DNA of 64,000 nt from Octopus vulgaris (Eukaryota): assembly GCA_951406725.2 (NCBI GenBank), contig OX597816.1, positions 157,790,001 to 157,854,000 of the forward strand, in the 5' to 3' direction. Positions within the stretch are counted from its first letter, which is position 1. Every line of letters starts with the position of its first letter. A program made the translations under genes and the position numbers. Below the pieces are notes generated by a model. It searched no databases and was not told the origin of the DNA. It was given only the letters and a program-made list of their open reading frames with translations. Positions 12,715 through 24,830 of the stretch are shown here, one piece after another.

Positions 12715-14033
12715 TGCACACACATATATGATATTTCCAAATACACATTCATTATTTCAGTATTCATTTTTCCACAAAACAGACAATTCTCTAGCACAGC
12801 ATGGCTATTAAATCTGACCTAATAATTTCCACTGATCTACTTCTTACTATAGGAGCTTCCACAATGAATTAATAATACTTTTCTACCCAACATATTGAAT
12901 CATTATATTACATATCTAAACTGACTCTTTCTATTTATCAGTACACACGTATATTTATGTACCACAGTCCTGTTGTTGTTAATCTTTAGTCTTAGGACTA
13001 AATTGAACAGTCCTGATTGAACAGTAGCAGTGCTATTAATAAAGACATTCCAGCTAAGACCATTCAAAATTTTTTATGCTTTTCTTTTAAAAGAGTAGAG
13101 TGTGAGTGAGTGAAAACTTGGCTGCTATTTTTAGTAAATTGAGCAACAAAATAAGAAGGTCTTTTATTGACACGGTCTTGTTTTATCTGTTTATTCTCAG
13201 ATCTATCCTAAATATAACTTTCTGGGACTTCACACAGTTACACACTACTTAGAGTTCTTTTTCACCTAGCATGCATAATTCTTGTTGCATAGGTCAAACC
13301 AGTGCAATTGTTTCTACTGGTTAGTCCACATTAATCCATAAGGACCATAGGGCTGGTTTCCTAGTTTCTCTGGCATATAATTTCCTCCTTACATGGGATG
13401 CCAATCAATCACAGGATTACTCATTTTACCAGCTGAGTAAACCAGAGCAGCAGGAAATAAAGTGTTTTCCTCAAGAACACAATACATTGCCCAGTCCGGG
13501 AACTGAAACCAGAGTTTTATAAATCAGAAGTCCAACAGCCTAATAACCACTAGTACATCCACAATTTCCTCTACTGCCATTGTTTTATTGTCTAGTCTCA
13601 TTTTAAACTCAATATTTCTGTAGTAAGTCAAGAAGGCTATTTCATTACAATCACTCAACTTGCAAGAAATATCAGCCAAATCTGTCTCAGATCATAACCT
13701 GTGAGGGGATGAGCATGACTGGAGCACATTTGATTGTTATGCTTTATCAGAATTGAATTGGGACTAAACAATGCAAGGTTCCTGCAATGAGCCAAAGCAA
13801 GCCAACCTGATAGAAATATTTGCTGAATCACCGTCCAGTCACACAGAAACATCTTAAAAAAGTAAGAGAATATTGGATAATGTAACTTTAGACCATTTCT
13901 GTGCTTGAAATTAAAGACAGGGACGATCATAGCTGGAATGCCTTTGTTCAAAGGTCTATTTGATTAGGGCTTCCCCAAGACTAAACAATAACATATATGA
14001 AAATAAGAAGAAAGTAATGAAACATAGCCATAC

Positions 14034-14253
14034 CTCAATTAATTTATATAAATTTTTAAAATAATTCTTAGCATCCAATGAAATTTGTTTATTTTTAAAT
14101 TGTATATGGTAATGTATTATTTCTGATTGATGATACACACTTAAAGAATATTCTCCAATGTTTGTTTTACTTTCTCGTATCAAAAACGAACCATCAATGT
14201 TTTCTTTTAAGATTCCTTCTGCTTCCTGTCGAGTTATATTACCATGAAACCAT
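14034..14253 (-). CDS. SH2-domain exon of the Csk-like paralog: WFHGNITRQEAEGILKENIDGSFLIRESKTNIGEYSLSVYHQSEIIHYHIQFKNKQISLDAKNYFKNLYKLIE
   Basis: ttttcag acceptor and GAG|gtatgg donor; 220 bp, phase 2 to 0. WFHG, FLIRES and YFxNLxxLIE motifs are collinear with Csk SH2. Confidence 0.9.
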
Positions 14254-15409
14254 CTGAAAAATACAAAGAAAAATATCAAGAAAAATGTTGGGATTTTTTC
14301 TTATTTAAATGGATAATTTTTATATGGTAGCTAGCTCCAGCATGGCCGCCGTCAAATGACTGAAACAAGTAAAAGAGTAAAAGAGTACTTGTTCTGACTT
14401 CTATTATAATTCCATTCCCAACTAGGATTGTTTACAGGACTATTAATGTAACACCAGAAAGAATTACAAAAAAAAGCAATATTCATTTCAGGAGGATTTT
14501 AATTTAGAATATAAAGGGCTGTAACTAAATACCAAGTGGCTTTTAATTCCATTCAGCCACTGATGAGAACTCAACAAGCTGTGGCTTTTTTCTATACTGG
14601 TTGTAGGCCTAGCTGACTTGGTTGGGATGCTTACATATTTGGATGATTAGCTTTGGGTGTCAGTACCTAGGTAGAATTTGAATTTAAAGTGCAAATCAAC
14701 TGCAACAGACATTGCAAAGTATCTCATCTGATGCCCTAGTGATCTGTGAGCCCATAGCTTTAAACAGGTGTTTTATAGATCAACCTTCAAAGGACAAAAG
14801 GTAAAATTGACCTTGACAGTGTTTGAATACAACAAAGAGAGCTGGAATGGATATTTTGAGTCACTCTATCCAACCCTTCATTTTCAAACCTGACACTAAC
14901 AAGCCCTTAAAGAGAATTAAAAGAAGACACAGCCACGTTAGCAACTGGAAAATTATTATCCCTCCCACCAATACTTCACATCCCACTCAAAAGAAAAAAG
15001 AAGAGGTGGCATTTCATGATATCCCATCCACTGCAATGAAAGATCCATTGTCTGTTTGCCATTACAAGGCCTTATAAGTCCTGACTTGTGCTGGACGTGT
15101 ATTATAGCAAAAGGAAAACAATAGTGGAGAACCAGACTTAATCTCTCGTCTTTAACTTCCTGGAGTAGTGCAAGCAGAGCCAAGACACCTGAAAGTAAAT
15201 CAGGGATGCAGTAGGACAGCCAGAGTGATTTATGTTTCACATTATCTCAATGTTGCTGGATATTACCATTTTACCCATAAACACACACACACTACCACAA
15301 CTTCACTCTTCTAATGTGTAGGTGACAAGATATTAAAGATTTTAACAAAAAAAAGTTTAAAGCTCATCCACCTTATCAATGTCATTTGTTTGTGCTGAAC
15401 ATAGTGCAC

Positions 15410-15836
15410 TGTTACAGAAAATAGCATATGGAGTTACAGGTGAGAGGTGGGGGCCATTGGTTGATAAACTATGGAAGTGGTAGTATTTAATTGTTGAAGC
15501 TGTAGTGAGGCACAAAGAAGCCAGCGTCATTTTGAAATAGCGAGATCTCGCCTGCAACCATTATTTAAGGAAAAAAAACAACATTTTCTCTCTCATTCTT
15601 CTCATGCTGACACCAAGCAAGACTTCGAAGCCAGGAGCTCACAGCAGACTTTTGTCCCGCTGTGATACCACATGCATTGTCTCCAGAGGTTATTGAACCT
15701 CATGTATATGGGAGAGAAGGTTAACTACGCACTGCTGTGAAGACGGTTACTGAAAGCAAACCCCTTGTACAAAGCACCTGTGAATAAACGGTTATTGAAT
15801 TTACTCCGTCTGAGAACTTCATTCTTCCTATTTCCA
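15410..15836 (+). mobile_element. Probable solo LTR
   Basis: TG...CA ends, TATA-like tatttaagg at about 15562, AATAAA at 15783, imperfect 4-bp flanks gcac/gctc. Confidence 0.45.
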
Positions 15837-16312
15837 GCTCCTTGAATCAACAGAATAATTATAATAGAAGATATATGTACCACCTAACTGGCCCTCGTGC
15901 CGGTGGCACGTAAAAACTCCCACTACACTCTCGGAGTGGTTGGCATTAGGAAGGGCATCCAGCTGTAGAAACTCTGCCAGATCAGATTGGAGTCTGGTTC
16001 GCCAGACCTCAGTCAAATCGTCCAACCCATGCTAGCATGGAAAGCGGACGTTAAATGGTGATGATGATGATGATGATGATACCCCAAAAGTATCATAAAA
16101 ACCTTCCTTCCATTTATAAAGCATTTGATAACAGTAATAACAATCAAAGAATTTGCCAGCAAAATCTTATAAAATGACAATGTTCTAAAAGATGTACATG
16201 ATAAATAAAGGTTTTTAGTTAAATGTTCATTTTGAGACGATTAAATAAACATCGGTTATCCTGCCACCTTTCATACTGATTTTTTAATTTTCCTTGGCCT
16301 CCTTGGCGAAGA

Positions 16313-17242
16313 AGTTTCGCATGTCGTAGCACAGATTTCCGTCGATTTCCGTAAAAAACTTTTATTTTTTTACATAAGTAATGAGAGCGAAAGAGACTAA
16401 GAGGAAGCGATTTTACGACGAGAAGGTTTCTCTTTGAAATCGGCCTGTGTGTGTTTGATGGGGTGTGGGAGACAGACAGTATGTTGTGTAAGTGAAGTGC
16501 TTCTGTTAGTGTGTGCGAAGAGACAGAGAGAGTAATGTGTGAAAGAGAGAGATAACTGATTTTTTACTCGGTGTATGTGTATATGTATGTATGCATGTAT
16601 GTGTGTGTGTGTGTATGTATCTATGTATGTGTGTGTGTGTAAGTATGTGTGTGTGTATGTATGTATGTATGGCCGATTCATCGTAATTTTTTACTCGGTG
16701 TATGTGTATATGTATGTCTGCATGTATGTGTGTGTGTGTGTATGTTATGTATCTATGTATGTGTGTATGTGTATGTATGTATGTGTGTATGTATGTATGG
16801 TCGATTCAGTGTAATTTTTTACTCGGTGTATGTGTATATGTATGTCTGCATGTATGTGTGTGTGTGTATGTATCTATGTGTGTGTGTGTGTGTGTAAGTA
16901 TGTGTGTGTGTATGTATGTATGTATGTATGTGTGTGTGTGTATGTATCTATGTATGTGTGTGTGTGTATGTATGTATGTATGGCCGATTCATAGTAATTT
17001 TTTACTCGGTGTATGTGTATATGTATGTCTGTCTCTTCACACACACTAACAGAAGCACTTCACTTACACAACATACTGTCTGTCTCCCACACCCCATCAA
17101 ACACACACAGGCCGACTTCAAAGTGAAACCTTCTCGTCGTAAAATCGCTTCCTCTTAGTCTCTTTCGCTCTCATTACTTATGTAAAAAAATAAAAGTTTT
17201 TTACGGAAATCGACGGAAATCTGTGCTACTACAACCGAAACT
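16313..17242. mobile_element. Foldback/MITE with ~215-bp near-perfect TIRs and an internal tandem TG-rich array
   Basis: 16313-16527 is the reverse complement of 17028-17242; the internal unit TTTTTTACTCGGTGTATGTGTATATG recurs four times. Confidence 0.85.
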
Positions 17243-17503
17243 ATGCCTTTTCGGCGAAGTTGGCGAAGTTGCCTTTTCGGCGAAGTTTCATCTGTGCTAC
17301 TACAACCGAAACTATGCCTTTTCCTTTCTTTTATAATTTAATTTTTTTTTATTCCATAAAAATAAAGAAAATGTAAATCAAAGCAGGCTGTATTTAGTAC
17401 AATTAAGAGGTTATTTGCTTAAAGGTAATCCGGTTCTGACCTCACTACACAGTACGAGAATGCTTTTACCCTCCAGCCTTTTACACTTACGTTGAGATCT
17501 TAC

Positions 17504-17521
17504 CGGGAAGTATTGATGCGT
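17504..17521 (-). CDS. Candidate 18-nt frame-preserving microexon adding RINTSR before WFHG
   Basis: Long T tract plus aag acceptor, CCG|gtaaga donor, phase 2 to 2. The peptide resembles the KLxxMP segment preceding Csk WFHG. Confidence 0.35.
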
Positions 17522-18469
17522 CTTTTAGAGAAAAAAAATACAAAAGTTAAGAAAATAACGTATATAGCCTAATGCGCACCTGAATATAAGTATAGAAAGA
17601 ACTTTAGGTATTCATGAAAACTATTCACTGCAACACTAAGCCATTTCAAAACTCACAGCAACTACTAAAAAGTTAGAACAGGGCTGGCGAACCCAATCAC
17701 AACTGCCCCATTCAGTATTTGTGTTACTGTTGTTTGGCTCAGCCCTGATCAAACATATTTATCAACGAAATACATTCCAACTGAAGTAAACCTGTCTTTT
17801 TGTATTTTTCAGACAGTTATTCATAAAATTACATAATCGAATGAGTTCTCCCCTTCTTTTGAAAACGGCAGAGTTTAATTTGAGGGATTTGTTTGTTGTT
17901 TCTTGCAGGTGAAATGACCACGTAGAGCCTCTTTCGTTAGCTCACAAGTTGCAGACGTATTTATAAGGGCGTAGACATATGGAGAACGGAATGTACCTGA
18001 CTTATCTCAAGTTTTATTCATATACATAGTCACTTCTTTTTATAATGAAGCCCCCACCAATGTTGTCTAATCACAGCGGATTTATCACGATCAATAAAAA
18101 CTTCCGTCTTTCATATATTTTTGTTTGACTTTTTTCAGAATTAATGTATTTCTAACTACATTATTTATCCTTCTTTTTTTAAAACTGTCTCGGGTGATTT
18201 AAGGGATAGTTATTATTTCCAAGAAATTAAGCGACTGAGAAGAGATATCTCACACAAACATTAATCTAGTAGGTGGGTGCATATATACGAAGGTGGTTTT
18301 TCTGCAGGTGTGTGTTAAAGTGTTCACACAAGACACATGTATAAGGTAAAAGTGAAATTAACAATGTATACGTATGTATGTTATATATATATATATATAT
18401 ATATATTATTATTATATATGTGTGTGTGTGTGTTTTTACATATTAAAGTCACGGAAAGTCATAACTTAC

Positions 18470-18501
18470 CTCCAATCTTTCAAAGCATCCAGTTGTGTCA
18501 T
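18470..18501 (-). CDS. Putative first coding exon of the Csk-like paralog: MTQLDALKDW(R)
   Basis: AAATCATGA start context with an in-frame TAG four codons upstream. Consensus GAG|gtaagt donor; the phase-2 end matches the phase-2 start of the SH2 exon. Confidence 0.6.
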
Positions 18502-18932
18502 GATTTCTCTCTAAAACTGTTGCTCGAATTTATTCGAAGAGAAAAGAAAAGTTATTAAAATGCAGAGATAAGCGATTTTAAAAAAAAAGGCACTCTCTTT
18601 GACGTCGTTAATAAAACTATTCAGTCATACTGGAATTGTAGTTAATAAATATATGTAACCTGGAGAAACTATAACAAGGTAACTGCAGATTAAATGGCAA
18701 AACAGTCATCTCTGTCCCTCTCTCTCTCTCTCTCCCCCCACAGTATGCGTGTTTAAGTATGTATAGATATATGTAAATGCGCGCGCATATGTGTGTATAT
18801 ATATACTTACATATATATATATGTGTGTATATATATATACTTACATATATATATGTGTGTGTGTGTGGATATATAAGTATGTATCTGTATATATATGTTT
18901 ATATGTGCACATATATATACTTACATATATAA

Positions 18933-18977
<45 letters not shown>

Positions 18978-19189
18978 TATACATACTTATATATCCACAC
19001 ACACATACATACATACATGCATACATACATATATACATACATATATGGGGTGCGGGCAAAATGAGGCGTTTTTATTGAATTTTCTTTACTTTAAGATATA
19101 TATTTTTTTTACAAATGTTCACTACTTTACAAAAACTATATCAGCTAGGGGATTAGGATTAATGTTTAACTCCTGCTCACCAAAAAAAA

Positions 19190-19690
19190 AAAAAAAAAAA
19201 AGCTCAAATAGGTGGTAAAGAAATGTGTAGAGAACGAATGAGAACAAGAATTTGCGTAAACGAATGGGGGTGAGGAGAGGACTTTCGGAAAATTTACACG
19301 ATTCGATTTTTGCCTCATAACTTTCAGGAAAATCGATATATATTGATGAAATTTTATAGAAATACTTTTCAAAAGGCATAGATTACGATTATAAAGAAAA
19401 TTATGGAGAAAATGTTTTCCGATAGGGTGGGAAGAGGATTTTGGGAAAATTCACGCGATCCGGTTTCCCCCCACAAATTTCCTTATAATCGTAATCTATG
19501 TGGTTTGAAGGTATTTCCATAAAAGTTCATCAATAGATATCGATTTTCCTACAAGTTATGAGGGAAAAATCGGATCGTGTGAATTTTCCGAAAGTCCTCT
19601 CCTCACCCACCCCGTTCGTTTGAGCAAATTTTTGTTTCCGTTCATTTTCTACACATTTTTTTACACCTATTAGACTGAGTTTTTTTGTTT
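19190..19690. mobile_element. Imperfect long inverted-repeat element (non-autonomous DNA transposon)
   Basis: About 19200-19411 is an approximate reverse complement of 19464-19685; just upstream of the paralog's putative first exon. Confidence 0.65.
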
Positions 19691-20296
19691 GTTTTGGCGA
19701 CCGGAAGTTAGAGTAAACATTAACCTTCCCTAAATGTATTAAAAGCATTATAACATAATTTGATCACTTTCAGAAAACTATCGCCGTTTTCTTTGAGCAT
19801 ATAAAAGACAAATTTAGATGGGGCAAAATGAGTAAGACAAGATAAAGTGAATTTGCTGCTTTGGTTCTCCAGAATTACATTTGAAAACAGACTCATACAC
19901 ATCAATATCCATCCCTAGATATTACAAAGATAAGAGATGGAAAAAAATTTAATATCTTGGTCAAATAAAAGAGGATTAGGGAAAAACAGAACAATAATAT
20001 GAAATTAATGAAACTCAACTAAAAGCAAAAAATAAAAACTCAACATCAAATATTCCCTATAGCTTCTTCACAATCTGCTGGAGTGTCCTCTGCATGATAT
20101 ATTTACACACCATGCATTTAAGGAGAAGAAATTATTGAAATTAGTGACTACTCATTTTACCCCATTTTAGACATCATGTTTTGAAACTTGAAAATTATCA
20201 AATTAGTCGTTAATGTGGGGAAAATTGACTTGAAATCTAACAGAGAAAAGTATATTGACTGTTAAACATCAAAAATTATCCAGATTTTTGTTTGTT

Positions 20297-20580
20297 CCTT
20301 CTCAAGCCATGCCTGGCTCATAAGGGCCAGTTTCTCAGTTTCAATGGCATACAGGTTCCCCACCTGGATGGGATACCAGTCTATTACAGGTGAGCTGCTA
20401 GATGCAGGAGAAAAGAGTGAGAGAAAGTTGTGGCAAAAGAGTCAGCAGAAGTTCACCATTACGTTCTGCCAGAGCTGCATGGAGCTTAAGTGTTTCGCTC
20501 ATAAACACACAAATCACCCAGTCTGAGATTTGAACCTGTAGTCCCTCAACCACGAGTCCACTGCTCTAACCACTAGGACA
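20297..20580 (-). mobile_element. tRNA-SINE with V-domain-like core (related copy at about 13335-13555)
   Basis: Minus strand has TAGTGGTTAGAGCAG and GGTTCAAAT boxes plus a GACTGGTATCCCATCCAGG core. Confidence 0.6.
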
Positions 20581-20586
20581 TATACA

Positions 20587-20940
20587 TCATCATCATCATC
20601 ATCGTCGTTTAACGTCCGTTCTCCATGCTAGCATGGGTTGGACGGTTCGACCGGGGTTCTGGGAAGCCAGAAGGCTGCACCAGGCTCCAGTCTAAATTTG
20701 GCAATGTTTCTACAGCTGGATGCCCTTCCTAACGCCAACCACTCCGTGAGTGTAGTGGGTGCTTTTTACGTGCCACCTGCACAGGTGCCAGGCGGGGCTG
20801 GCAACGGCCACGGTCAGATTGGTGTATTTTATGTGCCACCGGCACGGAAGCCAGTCGAGGCGGTGCTGGCATCGGCCACGAGTCGGATAGTGCTTTTTAC
20901 GTACCACCAGACCAGGGATCCTGGCTGGTTCAATTCGATT
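20587..20940 (-). mobile_element. RTE 3'UTR-derived repeat with (GAT)n tail, one of more than 15 copies (e.g. 6840, 7780, 15885, 21203, 35540, 39338, 55438, 61185, 61638)
   Basis: Same sequence as the 3' end of the RTE at about 23880-24070 (GGGCATCCAGCTGTAGAAAC...GTTAAACGATGATG). Confidence 0.85.
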
Positions 20941-22202
20941 CGATACCTCCATAGATATTTTGTTAGCAACCTCAATGACAATCTGGTTGAAGTTGAGGAA
21001 AAATTTCTTGATAAAAGACAACCTGTAATCTGACTGTTTCAAACTCCCTCATCTTCAACAAGTAATATGACCAATTGCCACTCCTAAACATAATGTAGCA
21101 ATATAAAATGATGATGCAATATTTGCTATGTAATGATTTCAAAAAGGTAGGGAGAAAATAACGAAAAATAATTTTGCCTTACCCCCATATATATATATAT
21201 GTGTGGTTGGCGTTAGAAAAGGCATCCAGCTGTAGAAACACTGCCAAATCAGACTAGAGCCTGGTGCAGCCTCCATGGCTTCCAGACCCCAGTTGAACTG
21301 TCCAACCCATGATAGCATGGAAAATGGACATTAAATGATGATGATGATGATATATATATATATATGTATATGTATGTATATGTATCTGTAGCATATGCTT
21401 AGTGAAATTCTCTCTCTCTGTTATATATAACATAAATATGGACGTAGCAGATAACAGCTAGCCTTCGGTCACTTGGACCCTGTTGTGTCCACTACTCTGA
21501 TTGGTTGGTATTGGCACAGTTTGTCTCTTGCTCTATTACGCGCCAATATGCAACCCAACCAATTTCAGCCTTCTGATAAGGTCACGCGAGAGTCTTATCA
21601 AAATCTTCATTTTGAGCCAATAATTTACTATAAAACTTCAGCGATTCATCGAGTTGAAGATTTTGGTTCTAGACCTTCTAAGGTCTAATCACTGACCACA
21701 GAGCACACAGCCAATTCCAGTGACAACACCAACAGCAGCCCACATGGAGACTCAACTTCGTCCAGCAGTACCAGGACCTCTATCACTGTCGTCTCCATCT
21801 TAATGTCAAAACATCTTTACGTACACTGCCACATTTGCTCAGGCTCAACTCCACACTGTTTGTGAATTACTTCACCATGGTTAACAGCAAGTACAACCTG
21901 CAAATCTTCCTGTATCAAGTAACCAGCAGCGGCATAGTAGCCACAACTTCTTACATGACACGTGCTTCAACTGGCTCTGCTTCTACGCCAGAACTTCTTG
22001 TTACAGCTCTTCAACTATTGTGTACCTTACTATGAACTGGTATTTATCTTCATTGTACGAGAACATTCGTCTAACGTCCTGTTATAGACTCTTTCTATGC
22101 TCTGTATTTTATCTCACATGCATATACCCTTGTTTGTACACACATACACATTATGTATGCATGACAGCCTGTCTATTGTTATTATTATATATGTACTTAT
22201 GA

Positions 22203-24070
22203 CGTCACCTTTAAAGGTAAAGGTGATGCCTTAGATACAAATAATTACAGAGGTATCAAGTTGCTGGATCAAGTAATGAAGGTCACGGAGAGGGTCATAG
22301 CCCAACTAATTAGAGAAAGAGTCAGTTTAGGTGAGATGCAGTTTGGGTTCGTGCCAGGGAAAAGCACCACTGATGCTATATTCCTGGTAAGACAACTGCA
22401 GGAGAAATACCTAACCAAAGATAAACCTCTGTACCTGGCTTTCGTTGACATGGAGAAAGCCTTTGACAGGGTCCCCCAATCCCTTATCTGGTGGTCAATG
22501 AGGAAACTAGGGATAGATGAATGGTTAGTAAGAGCTGTGTGAGCCATGTACAGGGATGCTGTTAGTAAGGTGAGGGTTGGCAACGAGTACAGTGAAGAAT
22601 TCCGGGTAGAAGTAGGGGTCCACCAAGGTTCAGTCCTCAGCCCCCTCCTATTTATCATAGTTCTCCAGGCAATAACAGAGGAATTCAAGACAGGATGACC
22701 CTGGGAGCTCCTCTATGCTGATGACCTTGCTCTAATTGCTGAGTCACTATCAGAACTGGAGAAGTTTCAGGTGTGGAAGCAAGGATTAGAATCCAAGGGC
22801 CTTAGAGTCAACCTAGCTAAAACCAAAGTCCTAATAAGTAGGAAGGTAGACAAATCACAAACACCTTCAGGTAGATGGCTCTGCTCGATCTGTAGAAAAG
22901 GTGTAGGTAGAAACTCTATAAGATGTACCAAGTGTAAGCTATGGACACATAAGAGGTGCAGCAATGTCAAAGGAAAGCTAACTAGGAAGATAGTTTTTGT
23001 ATGTGGCAGATGCTCAGGAGCAATAAACACTGAAAATGTGCAGAGAGCAACTTCTGCCACATTCCAGGGAGAAAAACTAGAAGTAGTTGATAGCTTCCAT
23101 TACGTAGGTGACCAAGTCAGTAGCGGGGGCGGGTGTGCTGAAAGTGTAACTGTTAGAGTAAGAATAGCCTGGGTAAAGTTCAGAGAACTCTTACCTCTGC
23201 TAGTGACAAAAGGCCTTTCGCTCAGAGTAAAAGGCAGACTGTATAACACATGTGTATGAACAGCCATGCTACATGGCAGTGAAACATGGGTCGTGACTGT
23301 TGAGGATAAGCGTAAGCTCCCAAGAAATGAAGCCAGTATGCTCTGATAGATGTGTAATGTCAGTGCTCATACTCGACAGAGTGTAAGTACCTTGAGAGAA
23401 AAGTTGGACCTAAGAAGCATCAGTTGTGGTGTGCACGAGAGACGATAGCGCTGGTATGGTCATGTGGCGAGAATGGATGAAGATAGTTGTGTGAAAAAGT
23501 GCCACACCCTAGCGGTTGAGGGAATCTGTGGAAGAGGTAGACCCAGGAAAACCTGGGACGAGGTGGTGAAGCACAACCTTCGAACAATGACTAGTGACCG
23601 TGACCATTGGAAGTATGCTGTGCGTGAGAAGACCTGGCAAGAAAAGTGAGACCATAACCTGTGGCCTCTACCTGGGATGTAGCCAGCCCACTTATGCATA
23701 CCTTTCCTTCTTGGGACACAAAACTCTGCTTGCGAAGACCTGTTGAGGCAAGTGAAATCGAAATCCAGATTGCTCAAAAATCAATGGAAATTGTAGCTGT
23801 GATACCAGTGCCGGTAGCATGTAAAAGAACCATCTGAAGGTGGCCATTTCCAGCGCCACCCAAACTGGCCTCTGTGCCAGTGGCATGTAAAAAGCACCCA
23901 CTACACTCACGAAGTGGTTGGCATTAGGAAGGGCATCCAGCTGTAGAAACACTGCCAGATCGGACTGGGCCTGGTGCAGCCTCCTGGCTTCCCAGACCCC
24001 AGTTGAACCATCCAACCCATGCTAGCATGGAAAGCGGACATTAAACGATGATGATGATGATGATGATGAT
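22203..24070 (+). mobile_element. 5'-truncated RTE LINE: RT domain, PHD-like insert, 3'UTR and (GAT)n tail; inactivated by stops
   Basis: YRGIKLL, QFGFVPGKSTTDAIF, FVDMEKAFDRVP, GVHQGSVLSPLLF, LYADDL and GRPRKTW motifs. Confidence 0.95.
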
Positions 24071-24257
24071 GCACACACACACACACATGTTAACACATAA
24101 ATAAAATCTTCTCTTAAACTTTCTATTGGTTTTGTCTCTTCCTTTTCCTTCTGGCACTTGTACTCATTTATCCATTTTGCTTTCATTGTAAGCGACCATG
24201 TGGTGTATTAAAGGAGTCATTCGTTCGTCACCTCTCCTTTCGCACAGTCATTCTTAC

Positions 24258-24319
<62 letters not shown>

Positions 24320-24486
24320 CATATAATAAAGTAAAGTTGTAAGGTACTGCACGAATGGAATTATATATGAAAGAAGGTTTGAAAATGCAATTTTAAAAGA
24401 TGTTTATTCACTTGACCAGTTTCACTTATTTAGAAAAAGATTGTCAAAAGTAACATGTAAAAGCTTTGTTGTGTTAAGTACTGGTT

Positions 24487-24713
24487 GGCACAAAATATTA
24501 CAATGCATATATACATTCTTTGATAATAATAAGAACATGTTAAAAACAGTTTACAAGGAAAAATCTTGGGAAAATATTAAAAAGTCCATTGAAATATTAG
24601 GCACAAAAAATTACAATACATATATACATTCTTTGATAATAATAAGAAAATGTTAAAAACAGTTTACAGAAAAAATCTTGAGAAATTATTAAAAAGTTCA
24701 TAAAAAATATTAG
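24487..24713. repeat. Two-copy ~113-bp tandem duplication
   Basis: ggcacaaaa...aaatattagg starts at 24487 and again at 24600. Confidence 0.8.
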
Positions 24714-24830
24714 GATTTCATTAAAAATCATGTTTGTTCGGATGTATCTATATATATACACAGATAATTATAAGTTCAAAAAGGTCATATTTTGGTAGTG
24801 TATATATATATATATATATATATATAAATA

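Noticed and set aside
13956-14279. SH2 exon as part of the main Csk gene
   Set aside because: It lies downstream of the Csk stop on the same strand, whereas Csk's own SH2 must be 5' of 62894, outside the window. A misassembly is not fully excluded, but the degenerate P-loop argues for a separate gene.
16397-17158. Paired ORFs ending HTQADFKxKPSRRKIASS on both strands
   Set aside because: Artefact of the inverted terminal repeats and microsatellite of the foldback element.
21385-22200. Unclassified stretch that may be an LTR or other repeat
   Set aside because: No second copy, termini or coding motif that I could verify.
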